A stretch of DNA of 58,386 bases from Xylographa opegraphella (taxonomy: Eukaryota), in assembly GCA_022813865.1 (NCBI GenBank), contig JALDZX010000062.1, forward strand, positions 62,001-120,386, written 5' to 3'. The notes under the pieces are model-generated. The model did no database searches. It saw only the letters and a program-made list of their open reading frames with translations, and was not told where the DNA came from. The position numbers were made by a program, and so were the translations under genes. Positions 11,482 to 24,565 of the stretch are shown here, in pieces; position 1 is the stretch's first letter, and the number at the start of each line of letters is the position of its first letter.

Positions 11482-12424
11482 GTTTGCGTTCGCCGAGCTA
11501 TATTATATGACCTCTGGAATAGAAGTCTTCAAGTGGTCAGAGGAAATTAATGCCTAAGCAGCAGGATGTCATCTATACATTAAGCCTTACTATAGCAAGA
11601 ACGAATACATCTTGAGAGGAATGACAAAAAGCAATTAAAGGAAGCGTTCTCAACCGTTGTATAAGTGTAGCAATTCTATTAGTGGGGCAATGACCGAAAC
11701 CAGTACTCTTCCAGACCTACAGCCTCAGCAAGTATGTTAGAGAAAATGGTCGGTGGCAGTTACTATGCAGGAATGGGCCTGTAACGGCCCCAAAACAGCA
11801 TTTGACAGCAAGCAAAAGATTTCATAACAAGGATCTCCACGCCTTCAAGGACCAACACGAGCTTAGCCGGCTTTCGTCAGCAGAGCATACCACCATTACC
11901 AGCCACGTTTGGCCTGGATGATCCTCGCTACCTCCAATCTGCTTGAATTGCCACGATGTGGTCTCCGACGATCTAGGTCTACCGTGACTCGACGACACCT
12001 GCATTGCTCGAAACCATACTGCCCTCTTCTGGTGTCGTACTCGGACATGAAACCGCGCATACGGTGATGTCGACGAATGCATGATACCAAAGGATGAGAT
12101 AGCAGAGGGCATGACAATGCTGCGACTGGACCGCAGTCGGGATCGGTGTTTCAGAGCAGGCCACAAGCTGATGCAGTGCGGCTCACCTCAGGCTGACTGC
12201 ATGACTAGGACAGTGGCGCGTGAGAAGAGTAACGTAAGGCAGCATGATGTACGGAGTAGCAGTGTCGCAAAAGTGTCCATGTACCTTACCTTACCTTAGG
12301 CACCCAGCTACCCACTATGAAAGTACCTACGGTGCAGGGAAAATAAAGATATTTGTTCGTCTCGATTGGAAAGGGAGAAAAGAATCAGGGAGAATTGATG
12401 ATCCTCTCCGTGGTGGAATACGTG

Positions 12425-12462
12425 ACGGAAGAAACGGAAGAAACGGAAGAAACGGAAGAAAC
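12425..12462. repeat. Tandem repeat (ACGGAAGAA) x4
   Basis: Four exact 9-bp copies read directly. Confidence 0.95.
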
Positions 12463-13089
12463 ACCGCCGGTAAGGCAATGGCTAAAGCGCGGAAAAGGCT
12501 CGTGATACGCAGCTTAGGAGCGGATTACAGAGACTTTAGAGGGTTTTGGTGCAAAAGGAACCCCCCTGGGCTCGTTGGCGGTTCGTGTTGTTAGCCGGCT
12601 TCGCCCCCGTCAAGCTCACCTAATCCGACAGTTGGCCCCTAAACGGCAACAATTGAAACAATGAAACATTGCGCCCAACACTATCGCCGCCACTCTTAGG
12701 CCCGACGGTCACTCCCCCAGAGCACTTCGTTCGTGCAGATCATTCTAAAATACATAAGACACCAACGAACGACTGTTCATAGCGGTCCAACTCGAAATGC
12801 TGGCTCCGTCAATCCAGCGCAAGCTAGCTTTGCACAGCATCTACAACGAATTCTGCAATTAGCATGTTCTTCTATTAACGATAAATCCGCGAATCAAGTG
12901 AGATTGGTTTGGTTCATCAGTATAGATACACTCTGGCTTTACGTTAAGATTACCTATGCTCCCAGATGAAAAGCTGGCTCGTGGTCCTACAACCTCGGAC
13001 GAATAGCACCAAGATACGTTGCCATAACCGCCTCAGCAAATCCAGAGAAGACAATGCTATACACAAGTCCCTCGGCTTAGTTTTCGTGC

Positions 13090-13460
13090 CGCCCAGCTTC
13101 ACAATAGCTGAAGCATTCTTGCCAATGCCATCATATCAGCTCAAGAAAAACCCCTTTCGCAGCAAGGCGTGTCGGAGCAAGCGATCGCGTATGCTCGTGG
13201 TGACGAACGTGTAACTGTCACTTGCCGCTTATCAACCACTACGGTCGTGATGCTTTGACGTGGGCTGACGACCGTAGGCTCGTTGGAGCTGGAGGTGCAA
13301 GGCAGGGCATTACCCTTATGCTGTGGTCACTGTGACCTCGGTCACCGTGACCCTTGATATTGCGAAGATGCTTGCTATGCTGATTTTCGCAGATATGCCA
13401 TTACTTGCGATCACACGTGTGATCATCGCGCTCCTGGAATTCCTTCCAAGTGGGAGATCA
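13090..13460. ncRNA. Candidate structured non-coding RNA (unidentified)
   Basis: A run of inverted repeats: 13239-13248/13268-13277 (10 bp perfect), 13325-13352, 13361-13369/13383-13391, perfect palindrome 13409-13424, and 13431-13456. No convincing ORF. Confidence 0.35.
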
Positions 13461-14001
13461 ATGAAAAGTCAATCATCCATGTTTGGGGCGGCGAGTAAAG
13501 AGAGAAGAGAATGTTATGGGAGAGTCTTGTGGTATTGGAAGCACTTGGTAGCGAATCAACAGCGTAGCACAGAGGGAGAATGTCGGACCCAGTCACGTCT
13601 CAAGAAACGCTTGCTACTCTGCCATGTCATTATCTCATATTGACCGTTCATCTCGAGGTATCAATCCATACCATATGCCTCCCACGACAATAACACACCG
13701 CCGCTCAAGGTAACCATTAAACCTTTCAAGATCTAACGCCACATCCATACAATTTTCGGTCTGTCGTTCCAAATTGCCTACTGATCTCTCCGTGTCATGT
13801 TGTACATGCAGACATTGACTTTCAGCCTGGAGTGGCTTGGACGCCTTAAGTACGCACATAGCCTGTGGAGGAGGACGGTTGAATGCCTGTCCCTGTGGCA
13901 ACTCGCGAGACATCGTGAGAGTGGATTTGTCTAGATTGTAGATGCGATCAGCAAATGATCTGATTTTGGGACATAATACCAATACAGCAACGCAGTGTGA
14001 C

Positions 14002-14576
14002 TTACGATCCCTTTCTCTCCGACTGATAGGAGTTCTTCTTATCGCCCAGTGTCGATGCCGAGGAACCTTTCCGCTCATCGAACATTGATGAGGGCTTTCG
14101 CTGTTGTGCTGGGCTTTTTTTCTCCTTGTTCCAGAAGCGCGATTTGTAGGCTGGCCAACTCGAGTAGTTCCAGGCTTTGAAAAGTAAACTGTACAGGAAC
14201 AAAGTTAGCAAAAGCTGCATAGGCTGAAAGAGGGGTGTGCTCAATTGTCACATCGGACGAAAATGCTTCCGTCCGAAGCTGCCGTATCAGAGAACTCGAT
14301 GCACCACTACTCAATACTTCCGCAGAGCCGAAAAGACACAGCAATCCCGAAATAATACTAAACGTACCTCTGCACTTGAGCGTCTTCTTGCCGCGCGTCC
14401 TTCTCTTTGATACCAACCTTCATCCCGTCCTTACTAAACCTGATGTTCTTGTCCTCCATCTTCTTGGCAGCTTTGTTTGCTACATCCTGTGCTATACTAT
14501 ATGCAACATAGCCGACGAATCCAAAGAATCCAAGAACTATAACCAGGAGGACAATGGTTAGGAGAGGGTGTGCCAT
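14002..14576 (-). CDS. Small single-pass membrane protein of unknown function
   Basis: MAHPLLTIVLLVIVLGFFGFVGYVAY..KKMEDKNIRFSKDGMKVGIK is spliced through intron 14189-14367 (GTACGT..GCTAAC..CAG) to SLLFKAWNYSSWPAYKSRFWN. Confidence 0.75.
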
Positions 14577-16018
14577 CTCGAAATGTGGAAAGAACTTGAA
14601 GGATCTGAAACCCGAGTAGACTCGGAGATACGAAGTACAGGGACCAAGCAATACAGGATTCAGGCAATCCAAGAAGAGGCGATATGGGGAAATGCGGATT
14701 GAGTGTCGCGTGCTTGTGTGGAGTGCGGAACCTCAATTTAGTAAGTCTGAACAAACGCTCTGGGCGAGACAAGATGAGATTGTTTAAAGATTCAAGAGGA
14801 TGTGGTGAGTGGAGGAACGAGCGCTGGGATGGTCAATTCGAATATGTTGGAGCCGGGCCGCAGCTGATATGCTTTGCGCCAAGGGCTTGGTAGTCCTAGG
14901 ACTTACCGGTATTGGGACCGACCCTATCCTATGTTTGCCTCGTTTGTTTCAAAGTACCTGTAGTCCAGTCTACTCCTAAAAGGACCATCAACATTTTGAA
15001 GCGGTCGCGACCACTACTATTTTTCCGAGTTTTCCTGAATGTAACCCGGTATTGTGTATATTAACAGTATCAGAGCGAATCTTTGAAGTCGTCTATTGTC
15101 TATTAAGGGTATCTGTCACGGCGCGCGAGAGAAATATGTGTCTGGTAGAATCTCAGTCAGGATATATCCAGTCCCTGTTTGGAATACGCAAGGAAGAGCA
15201 ATATTAAGAAGATACATCTCATCGTGCCAGTATTTATAATCTATCAATCCGGACTTGCATACTATCGACAGCCTCTGCAGGTTTTATCACCAGTATATGA
15301 CTACCCCATATCCTGTAATTGGGAGAATACAAAAGCTCTACGTGCTTGCGGTAGCCAGTCCAGATCACTTGCCCCTTTATAAGAATCGGTACAACGATGT
15401 GATAGAGGCCACTAATCACATGACAGAATTTGTTTCAAGGAGTGTTGCCTTCAGACGACCTACAAGCAAAGGCTTGTACCAACTGCGCCTGATATCGAGT
15501 AGACTATCCTATCACTGCTACTGCCATATTCTAGCATCGGGATTCCCTCATTTACCTGAAAACAATACCTATTTGTCTTTCATACCGTCCCCAAGCTAGA
15601 CATAGCTATCTTTTGATACAGATATATCAGCAGAACTCGATCACCCAATACGTGTGTTGTACCATAAAAGCATAGATGACTCCTACGCCCTTCATTTCAG
15701 GAAGTAAGCGAGAGACTAACAACTGTATTCCCTCTCATGTGTAATCGAGAGAGGCAACCTATGACAGAGATGCGCATTTCATCATTCTATGGATAGCTGA
15801 CTCTTGAAACGAGGATCCCGATTCCAGTAGAGTGTTTGGCTATCGTTGTATGTATTTGACTTCTGATTGAGACTAGAAATAGGCGTCCATCGACACCTGT
15901 CCTGCAGGCATCAATTTAGCATATCTCTAGTCCTAGAAGAGAAATTAGCCTACCTAAGCAAAAGCCTCCCTTGGAATGACAGGTATCTGCTTTGGGGTAT
16001 TTAGAATACACCTGGCGC

Positions 16019-18025
16019 TCAATCATATAAACCATCATCGCCATCATCGAACTCGTCCGAATATCCCGCTTTCCGTATTAGCTGTCTCCAGACCGATCCG
16101 CCTGTCCTCTCCCATTCTGGATCACTTGGTGGCGCGAAATCGCAGACACTGGGACCTCGAGCGCGATCTAGAGACCGCCCCATTGCGAGGGACCGAAGGC
16201 CTCGGTCTGCCACTACTGTTGCTTGATTTATTCCAACGGCATCACCGATGTATCTCAGACGACTGTTGAGCCATATCCGTTGAGCCTCCGGAATAGCAAC
16301 GACGTTGAATGCAACAAATAGCTGCCATGTGAGGAAAAAACCCCCCATGGAAACGACGTTGTTGCTACGAGGACATGGGTCAGGTTTGTGATGGGGGATT
16401 CCAATGTCGTCCATGGCGAGTATATAATCGTGATTAGGCGCGCTTTCATTTGACTGATAGACATAATCTGGAAAGCCAAGATGGTAAGGAACAGAGGAGC
16501 AAATGTCGTTGACAAGAGCCTGTAGTATTGCTAAGGTTGAGCAATATGCGCTAGTGGATGTGCGTTCCCAAGACGGAATCAGCCTCTCAAGACAATTGAG
16601 GATGATCATTTGGCAAAATATTCGATAACTTCGATAGTTGTTCCAAATGTTCGCAGACCAGAGGTCGAGATAGCTATGCATTGGGCCTGGATAGTATTGA
16701 TCTGTCGCAGGATTGTCCATGCCCTCAATCATGCCGACGATAGTGTATTTCCAATCATCCGGTATCTTGAACGTCCAGGCGGCGATCTCCCGGTCAACCC
16801 TCCGAGCTTCCGACATCAGTTCGACAATTTCTGCCGCTGTATTCATACTCATAGGTTGACGTAGAATCTCCTTGGCAGTAGCCCTGAGAGTGGGTATTTG
16901 CATAGCAAGTATTACCAGTAAGTTCATAGCACCACCTTCGAGCCTATTGATCGGACCTGTCCAGCCTTTGGCCATACCCTCAAGTTTTTGCACCGGCTGA
17001 CATCGTGTTATTTGATTCACGACCATCTGGGCACGTACCCAATAAAAAATTCTGGCTCCCAAAGAAGACTTAAACAAATCATCCCCTCTGTGCTTGACTA
17101 ATGCCACAGCGCCGTCTACATGCTTGCCCCAAGATGGTAGGCTGTGTTCCGTGCAAGTGATCGTTTCATATAGTCCTAGAGCTTCATTGTTAGACACTAG
17201 AAAGCGGAAAAGCTGACAAAGATGTTTGCTTTACCAAGTAAGAGAACAGCAACGATTGTGGTGTCCATTTTGGCTTCAACAGGATCGGCCACGGCTTTTT
17301 GTATAAGCGCAACTGCGGTAAGATACATCTTTTGTGCATTGTACATCAGTACCTTCCGACCGGGTCTGTTGGAGAAGGTAGCCAAAGCTGTAGCGGAAAG
17401 CGCCGCGAATAGAGGCGACTGTGGAGCAGCATCGAAGTAAGCGGGCAGAAGATACTCCAGATATCCTCTCGAAGTCTATGAGAATATTAGTAAGATTATT
17501 CATGGCTATGTAGAAATGAAACTTGTTTACACTATGATGTTGTGGAATAGCGGTAAATTGAGAAAAGAAATAACATAGTGCTTGCCGCTCCTGACACTCT
17601 TGCAACGTTCCATATGGTAAGGTAGGCTGCCACGGAGTATAATTTGGCAAGCCACTTGACATGGCTAGCCCCGAACTTGCAACAGGAATCTTGGATCCGC
17701 GGCCAGACCGTGCTATCGAGCTCTGTGATTGAGCCGCCGTCTTCGAGCCGCCTACTCTGGCCTCTGTCGTCTCGGTTTGATTACGAAAAACAAGATCGGC
17801 TTGATCTCGGTAGCCCAGACATTCTCGTTTGGACTTGGAACACTGACCACAGCGTGGCCTACCCTCATCACACTGGTCCTCAGTCAGTCCATACATTCGA
17901 GAGAGCCACTTTGGACAGATGTAACATGGGCATGAAAGGAGCATCAGAGACTTGGCAATCCTAACCTTGATTCGACGTCTTCGGCAAGTCTCACAGGCTC
18001 GAGAAGGTCTGCCAGAGTAAACCAT
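16019..18025 (-). CDS. Zn(II)2Cys6 transcription factor
   Basis: MVYSGRPSRACETCRRRRIK|CDEGRPRCGQCSKSKREC.GY, followed by a fungal TF middle region (LLLGLYE, WGKHVDGA.AL, WNNYR, DICSSVPY). Three introns. Confidence 0.92.
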
Positions 18026-18585
18026 CACAGCTTCAGACGCGAATGTACAAAGGAGCTTGGCCAATACAATTCGAAGACAAGAGAACGCTGAAGCACAGCC
18101 TTGAAAGTAAGGCTTTAAGAATTGGTATGCTATCGAAGCACGGAGTAGATGGCCAGAGGTTGCAGAACGATATGCATGCCTGAATATATATGGGATGTCA
18201 ATTCGTTCGACGACTCCCTTTGCGTTCTATAATTATCATTCAGGAAATGAGTACTTTCATTCTCCCGGTAATTTACAGTTCAGGTACGGCGCTGATCCAT
18301 CGTACGCACGAACGGCAACGCCGTGTGCTTCCCCAGAAGGTACCCACAACTCGGAAGGTTGAGGGTGACGATAGTGAAGAAGCCCTGGCAGTGTTTCTAT
18401 GGTGAGCACAAAACACGCAGCTAGCCAGGATGAGAGCCACGCGAGGGGCTGAGCCCTACACAACTGTTAGCGGGCCGCGAGGAAGCCCTGGTCCCCAAGT
18501 TGGCCCGAACGCGACAGGGGTCGGGTCGACTTGGCGGCAGGAGCTGCTGCCTCGACCGCCCACGTTAGTATTTGTCGTCATCAAC

Positions 18586-20115
18586 ATGAAGATAAGCAAC
18601 ATTGAGCTGAGGGCTGAGGGCATCAACAAGTATCCTGGTAATTCACGCCGCTCACCCGACCCGCCACTTGCATAGTACTCTGGGCCGACTCTGACTGTCT
18701 CAATAGCCAAGCAACATGCACGGGCCGTAGCCTCCAAACTCTCCGACTCTGGTGGACTGATTTACCTTCTCGGCCAATACGCATTCACCATTGAGGATTC
18801 CGATCAAGCGAAGACATGGAGGCAACGAAGATACTTCTATTATTGCAGCGGCGTCGATGTTCCCAACTGCTGTCTCACATACGATATTTCCGTGGATGAG
18901 TTGTCGCTCTACATTCCGGACATCAAACCTGAAAGAGTATTGTGGGAAGGGAGGGGACCGACCATTGAAGAAGCTGAAGACAGGTAAGGGTGCTTGTTGG
19001 CCAATACCGTTGCGTTCTCAAGCTTACACCGCGATAGGTATGATGTAGACTCGGTCTATCTTAACGGACAGCTGTTTGATCACCTCGACCAATGGAAGAA
19101 GGGGAACCCTAACTCTACTTTCTACATTCTTCACAAGGATCACCGGCCTGTCGGGGTGAACTTCACAACGGTAGATTGTGAGAAGCTTAAAACCGCGATT
19201 GATCTATGTAGGGTCATCAAGGATGCACATGAGATTGAATGTATACGGCGGGCGAATGAGATATCAGCAGTCGCACACCAAGCCGTACTGAGAAATGTTA
19301 GCCGTTTTAGGAGTGAGGCACAGATCCAGGGAATCTTCGAGGATGCTTGCATTTCTAAAGGTGCCAAACAATCCTATCCAGTAATTGCGGCAAGCGGAGA
19401 GAATGCAGGTACTCTACATTACGCTAAGAACAACGAACCCCTTCGTGGAAGACAGTTCGTATGTTTGGATGCAGGTGCTGAGTTTCAGTGCTACACAAGC
19501 GATGTGACGCGCACGTTCCCAATTTCTGGTTCGTGGCCGAGTCACGAGGCGAAGAACATATATGGTATAGTCCAAATGATGCAGGATCGCTGTATTGAAG
19601 GACTACGACCCGGAGTTAAAATGTTCGATCTCCATCTCCTCGCGCACAAGATTGCCATTGCTGGCCTCATGGCACTCGGTATTCTACACAACGGAACAGA
19701 GGCAGAGATATTCGATGCTGGTACGAGCAGAGGGTTTTATCCACACGGCTTAGGTCATCATCTCGGTCTTGAAACACACGACGTTCTCGATATACCAATC
19801 ATGCACTATTCTATGGAAGACCGTGTTAGGGATGACCAACCACCTCTCGAGGAAGGCATGGTCATTACCATTGAACCCGGCATCTACTTTTCACGCTACG
19901 AATTGTATCGTGCCTATTTATCGTCGCCTATTCACTCGAAGTACATCAACCGGAAGGTGCTCGAAGACTACTGGGCTGTTGGCGGGGTGAGGATCGAAGA
20001 TGATCTCCTTATTACAGCTGATGGACATGAAAATCTTACCAAGACTCCCAAGGGAGAGGCAGCTCTAAATATCATCCGAGAGGGCTCCCACGGCATTCGC
20101 AGTTTGGAGGACTAG
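18586..20115 (+). CDS. pepP: Xaa-Pro aminopeptidase (M24B)
   Basis: N-terminal KYP|AKQHA and RQRRYFYY. Metal ligands in LDAGAE, SDVTRTFP, HGLGHHLGLETHD, TIEPG and GGVRIEDD. Two introns. An in-frame upstream ATG at 18430 is an alternative start. Confidence 0.93.
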
Positions 20116-21301
20116 TGCGAGTGTATGTTGACTTGACAATCAAGCTTTATTATGCACCAAGGAAGAAATGTCACCGACTTGCCGCCCGCGCCTTACAAGG
20201 GGCTGTGGCGCTCAGAGATGAAACGGCTTCAGATTGGCGAGGCTAAAATGAGCTTGTCGAAATTCTCAATAAACTTTGTAGCCACAATAGGTGTCTCCGT
20301 AAGAACCACACTGACTACTGTCGAAAACTACGTATTCGTGGAGCATTCCTTAAAAGGTCATTCAGCCTCAGCCTCATTTTCTTGAGGAGATAAGAGATCT
20401 CCAGGGTGAGGACAGAGGGGACGTTATCACATTGCTGAGCTTCGAAGTACCCCTGAGGTGACCCTCCACTAAGAGTCCGGGTCTGAGTAGCTAAATCAAC
20501 TTAATGATCCTCCATAATGGTGGCTTAAACATGAGTTGATAATAGGAACCAAGTAATCATACCATGGTAAACCCGCAGTAATGATGGTAAGCCTTGTAGG
20601 GCACACCGCACTTCCTCAATGTAGAATCCCGACATGGATAGTCCATCTGTTTCTGAGCTGTCTGGCAACTCTACCCTACGTACTTAATAGGAGTCACCGA
20701 AGCATGATCAACAAGCTGGGCCGCGCAATGATATGGTGAGTCAAATCATCCCTCAGTAATATGGTAGCGAGGAGCAGCTCGTAGTCTCCGAAGCTAGCGC
20801 TCGTCTATCATCTAGTCCCACTGGGGTTAGGATTGCGAACTGACACTGCCTTCGCGCTGCTTACCCTTTCTGGACGAGCGTCCCAGGCTGAACGTGCCGC
20901 GACTTGCTGGCTCGATGGCGCCGTTGGTCTGCGTTTGGCCCATGGAAATTCAGTGTGGAGTGAGTTGCGCATTGAAGCTTTCGTCGTTACTAGATGGGCT
21001 GGTTCCATATGCCCACGGTCTGCGTATCGCATGTGGAGGCTTACCAGGGGTGTTGTTGACACGGGCGTAGGCGGTGTCAGGTCACGCAAACGATGGGACG
21101 ACGGCTATATGAGGCGGTGAGGGCGACTGGTCGACATATATATCAAGTCCCCCTCGCATGTCATCAAGCGTCAATTTAACGGAAGCGTCCTCCATCAATC
21201 CAATATCTAAATCTCATTCGAGTGCCGGTTGCTTCTATCTATTTCCCAGAGTTGCCATAACTTCTCCCGTCACACTCTACCAAGCTCTGTCTCTAAGCAC
21301 A

Positions 21302-22399
21302 ATGGATCCACGGGAAGGCCTTTCGATTGCGAACATTGTGTTCTACATTCCCTGCCTGTTCATCGCAGGCTGGGTTTCGTTCCTCCATGGATTCGGTCGT
21401 CAATCGGGCTGGATCTTCATGGTCATATTGGCTCTCGTGCGAATTGTCGGATCAATCTGTCAGATAGTATCGGAGAGCAGTCCGAGCGAAAGCATCGATG
21501 AAGCTTGGATCATTCTCTCTAGCGTCGGTTTGTCGCCGCTGATATTGGCTATGCTGGGTCTGCTGGCGAGAGTGTATGCTATCCTCCATGACCTCCGATC
21601 GAAAACATTAGCTAACGTCTTATAAGTCATGCGAGCATGTCACCCGTTTCACCGTTATCTCCCAAAATATTCAGGCTGCTAGCGGTCGTGCCATTAGTGG
21701 CTCTTATCCTTGCCATCGTTGGGGGTAGCGACGAAGCTTCTACTTCGGATCCCTCGAAAGTGAGCTCGGGCCTCAGCCTCGTCCGAGCAGCTTTGGTCAT
21801 TTTCATGGTTGTTTTCCTGGTCCTCGCCGCCATTACGCTCGCCACATTCCTCAGGCTGCGCTCGGTTTCGGCAGGAGAGGAGCGCATACTGTATGCTCTT
21901 GCTCTCAGTATTCCCTTCATTTTCGTTCGTCTGATCTACTCCCTTATCGTGGACTTTGCTGGAAACTCTCGGTTCAACCTGATCACCGGAGATGTGGTCA
22001 TACAAGGCTGTATGGCATCGCTCATGGAGTATGTTGTTGTCATTCTATATCTGAGCGCCGGCCTTGTAGCTCCACGAATTGCCAAGAGTCACGCGCAACC
22101 CAGCATAGGTCTGCAAGAGACCGGATATAGCGGCCAGGAGTCAGGTCGGACAACGTCACAATATGCCGAACGGCAATTCAACCAGCCAAGTCAGTGCCAC
22201 TCCAAAGCATGCAACGTTAAACCACATGCTAACATTGTTTCCAGCATATGATGTACGTTATCAACGGAGAGCAGGCGAGGCAGCACCCACCCAGCAGTAT
22301 ACGGAAACTAAACCACAATATACACCGATCGGTAGACATGGTCGAAAACAGCGACGCGTACAGGGTCCGATCCATTATCTGATCAGTAGATATACTTAA
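21302..22399 (+). CDS. Fungal multi-pass (about 7 TM) integral membrane protein
   Basis: Repeated hydrophobic helices with HGFGRQSGW, GLSPLIL and PFIFVRLIYS motifs. Introns at about 21573-21626 and 22189-22245. Polar C-tail. Confidence 0.8.
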
Positions 22400-22906
22400 A
22401 CATCTCGTCTTCAGGTCCGACTATTGGGATATTTGCGTTCACGTATCAGATGGCGAAGTCGTGGGAGCAATGGGCGACATTGGTTCTTGGTCAATATGCG
22501 TTAATTGCGGCGTGATTGCTGGCTTGTTTGGACCCAGTTGAACGAAAAGCAGAATGCAATTGATGATTACACTATATTGTATAATAGAAGAAGTACCATC
22601 AAAACACATTACAGTTATCACTACTGCATGGTGCTGCAATTTATGAATTTCTCTACGTCCATGACTGAGATATCCAAGACTTATAATCAATTCGAATTCC
22701 AGAAACACGCATAAGGAAGGACGAACTTGAGAATTATTGTGACTCTGGCGGAGAAGTCCTCGCCAAAGATCGTGGCCGGACACGCTAACACTGATTAGTA
22801 CTATCCTAGGCTAGCGTCAAAATTATCCAAAGGCAAAAACCAAAGCTCTGGTCAATAGAACAATATTTCCACGCATCAGATTCTGTATTCAAAATCCTTT
22901 AAAAAG

Positions 22907-24102
22907 ATGTTGTCAATCCGTAACTTCGCTCGATCTGTTCCAAGAACTGTGTCACGCCTGTCTACTCCGATATCACAGCGACCTCTTTCCGCGCTGTGCC
23001 AATCCACCCAGCTTCAGCAGCCATGGCGGATAGCTTCAAGATCAGCATATGCAGCTTTCTCGACATCGCGAATAGTATGGGCACAAGAGGGACAAAGTAT
23101 GTGATAAATCAGTCATATGTTACAGTAGACTAAGCATATTTCATCTCAGCCGATCAGGAATTGTCTGCGAAGCTTCAGTCCGAGTTGCAACTGGAGCGGG
23201 ATATGAACGATTCTGACGACCTGCCACCTAGTATAAGAGATTTCCTAGATAACAGCCCGTTTGAGGTAATGCACACCATAGTTATCAGTGCTCCAGCAAA
23301 AGCTAATGGCCATCCTAGGTGCAAGACACTCCAGGTCAGGAAGAGGTCACTCTTACGCGGATGTTCGGTGACGAGACGTAAGTTGAGGCAATTTAGCCAC
23401 ACTCGTTAGCTTTCCTCTCACAACTGCTTGTAGAATCCGAATAACCTTCTCTATCGCTGACCTCAACGCCCTCAACGAAGATCCAGATCAGTACAGCGAG
23501 GACAAGGCCATGTTCGATGAAGACGCTGAAGACCTCCCCGAGGAAGGTCAATCCGGAGGTGCGCAAACAAAAGGGACGATCAACATGGGACGTACCAAGG
23601 GTGGTAACTACAATATTGCACCGGAAGACTCCATAGCGCCAGCCGACCGCCCAGAGCTGGCCGACGATGAGTCTCCCGCCAGCGAGGACGACGAGCCGAG
23701 CTTTCCTGCTCGGTTGAATATCACGATTGAGAAACCTAACTCAAAAGGCGCGTTTCAAGTCGAGGCTACTGCGCAAGATGGTCTGATTGTGGTTGAGAAC
23801 GTGTACTATTTCAACGACGGGAATCTTGCAGAGGCAAAGTCGCCGCAAGAAGAGTGGGACAGCAGGAACTTGTACACTGGACCTCCTTATGGGAATCTTG
23901 ATCAGGATCTTCAGGTGATGATCGAGAAGTACCTTGATGAAAGGGGCATCAACACCGCCTTGGCTATGTGGGTCCCCGAGTACATCGACTACAAGGAGCA
24001 GAGAGAGTACTTGAATTGGCTTTCAGGTCTGCCGAATCCTTTGATCAAAATTGTGACATTATTAACATAGTTATAGAACTCAGATCTTTCATCGGCGCAT
24101 AG
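22907..24102 (+). CDS. MAM33: Mitochondrial acidic matrix protein Mam33 / gC1qR family
   Basis: Basic presequence, acidic body, YTGPPYGNLDQDLQ..IEKYLDERGINT and YIDYKEQREYLNWL. Four introns. Confidence 0.92.
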
Positions 24103-24565
24103 GTGGACCCAACCGGAGCAGGATTGGCGCAACCTGTCTGTACAATACTTCGTCTCCATTAGCGACTTGTACCATTTGTAATGTACTTGATCGTCACGCA
24201 AAACGGGAATTCCGGGAGACGGACATGATTCTGCAATCTCCACTCTTGTAATGGCCGATCTCCATACATTTGATTTCTCTCTTGCAGCATGTTGGACTCG
24301 ATAGACTGCAAAGGTCGAAGCTTCTCGCACACATTCCCGCCGGCCACGATCTTGATGAATTGTCAACGATCTATTTTGTAATGTGGCCATAGATCCTGAA
24401 ATTGAGTGGAGAATCTCAACTCGCTATGCGACCTTCCCCACACATCTCTCACCGAACTCCGCCGTAATGCATTCAGTTCCACTCACAGCGCCTTCCTCAA
24501 GCAAATCCCAGGCTCACCCCACCCAACGCGGAGCCATGTATCCTCTCTCTTCCCCCCTCCCTCCC

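Noticed and set aside
13325..13352. Two GGTCA-N3-TGACC palindromes matching the animal estrogen response element
   Set aside because: Fungi lack nuclear hormone receptors; the sequence is better treated as part of the hairpin region.
11500..14000. Telomerase RNA as the explanation for the 2.5-kb gap and its hairpins
   Set aside because: The size would fit, but no TAACCCTAA-type template was found on either strand, and the small hairpin at 13278-13289 has a 4-nt rather than a P6.1-type 5-nt loop. It cannot be fully excluded if the telomere repeat is non-canonical.
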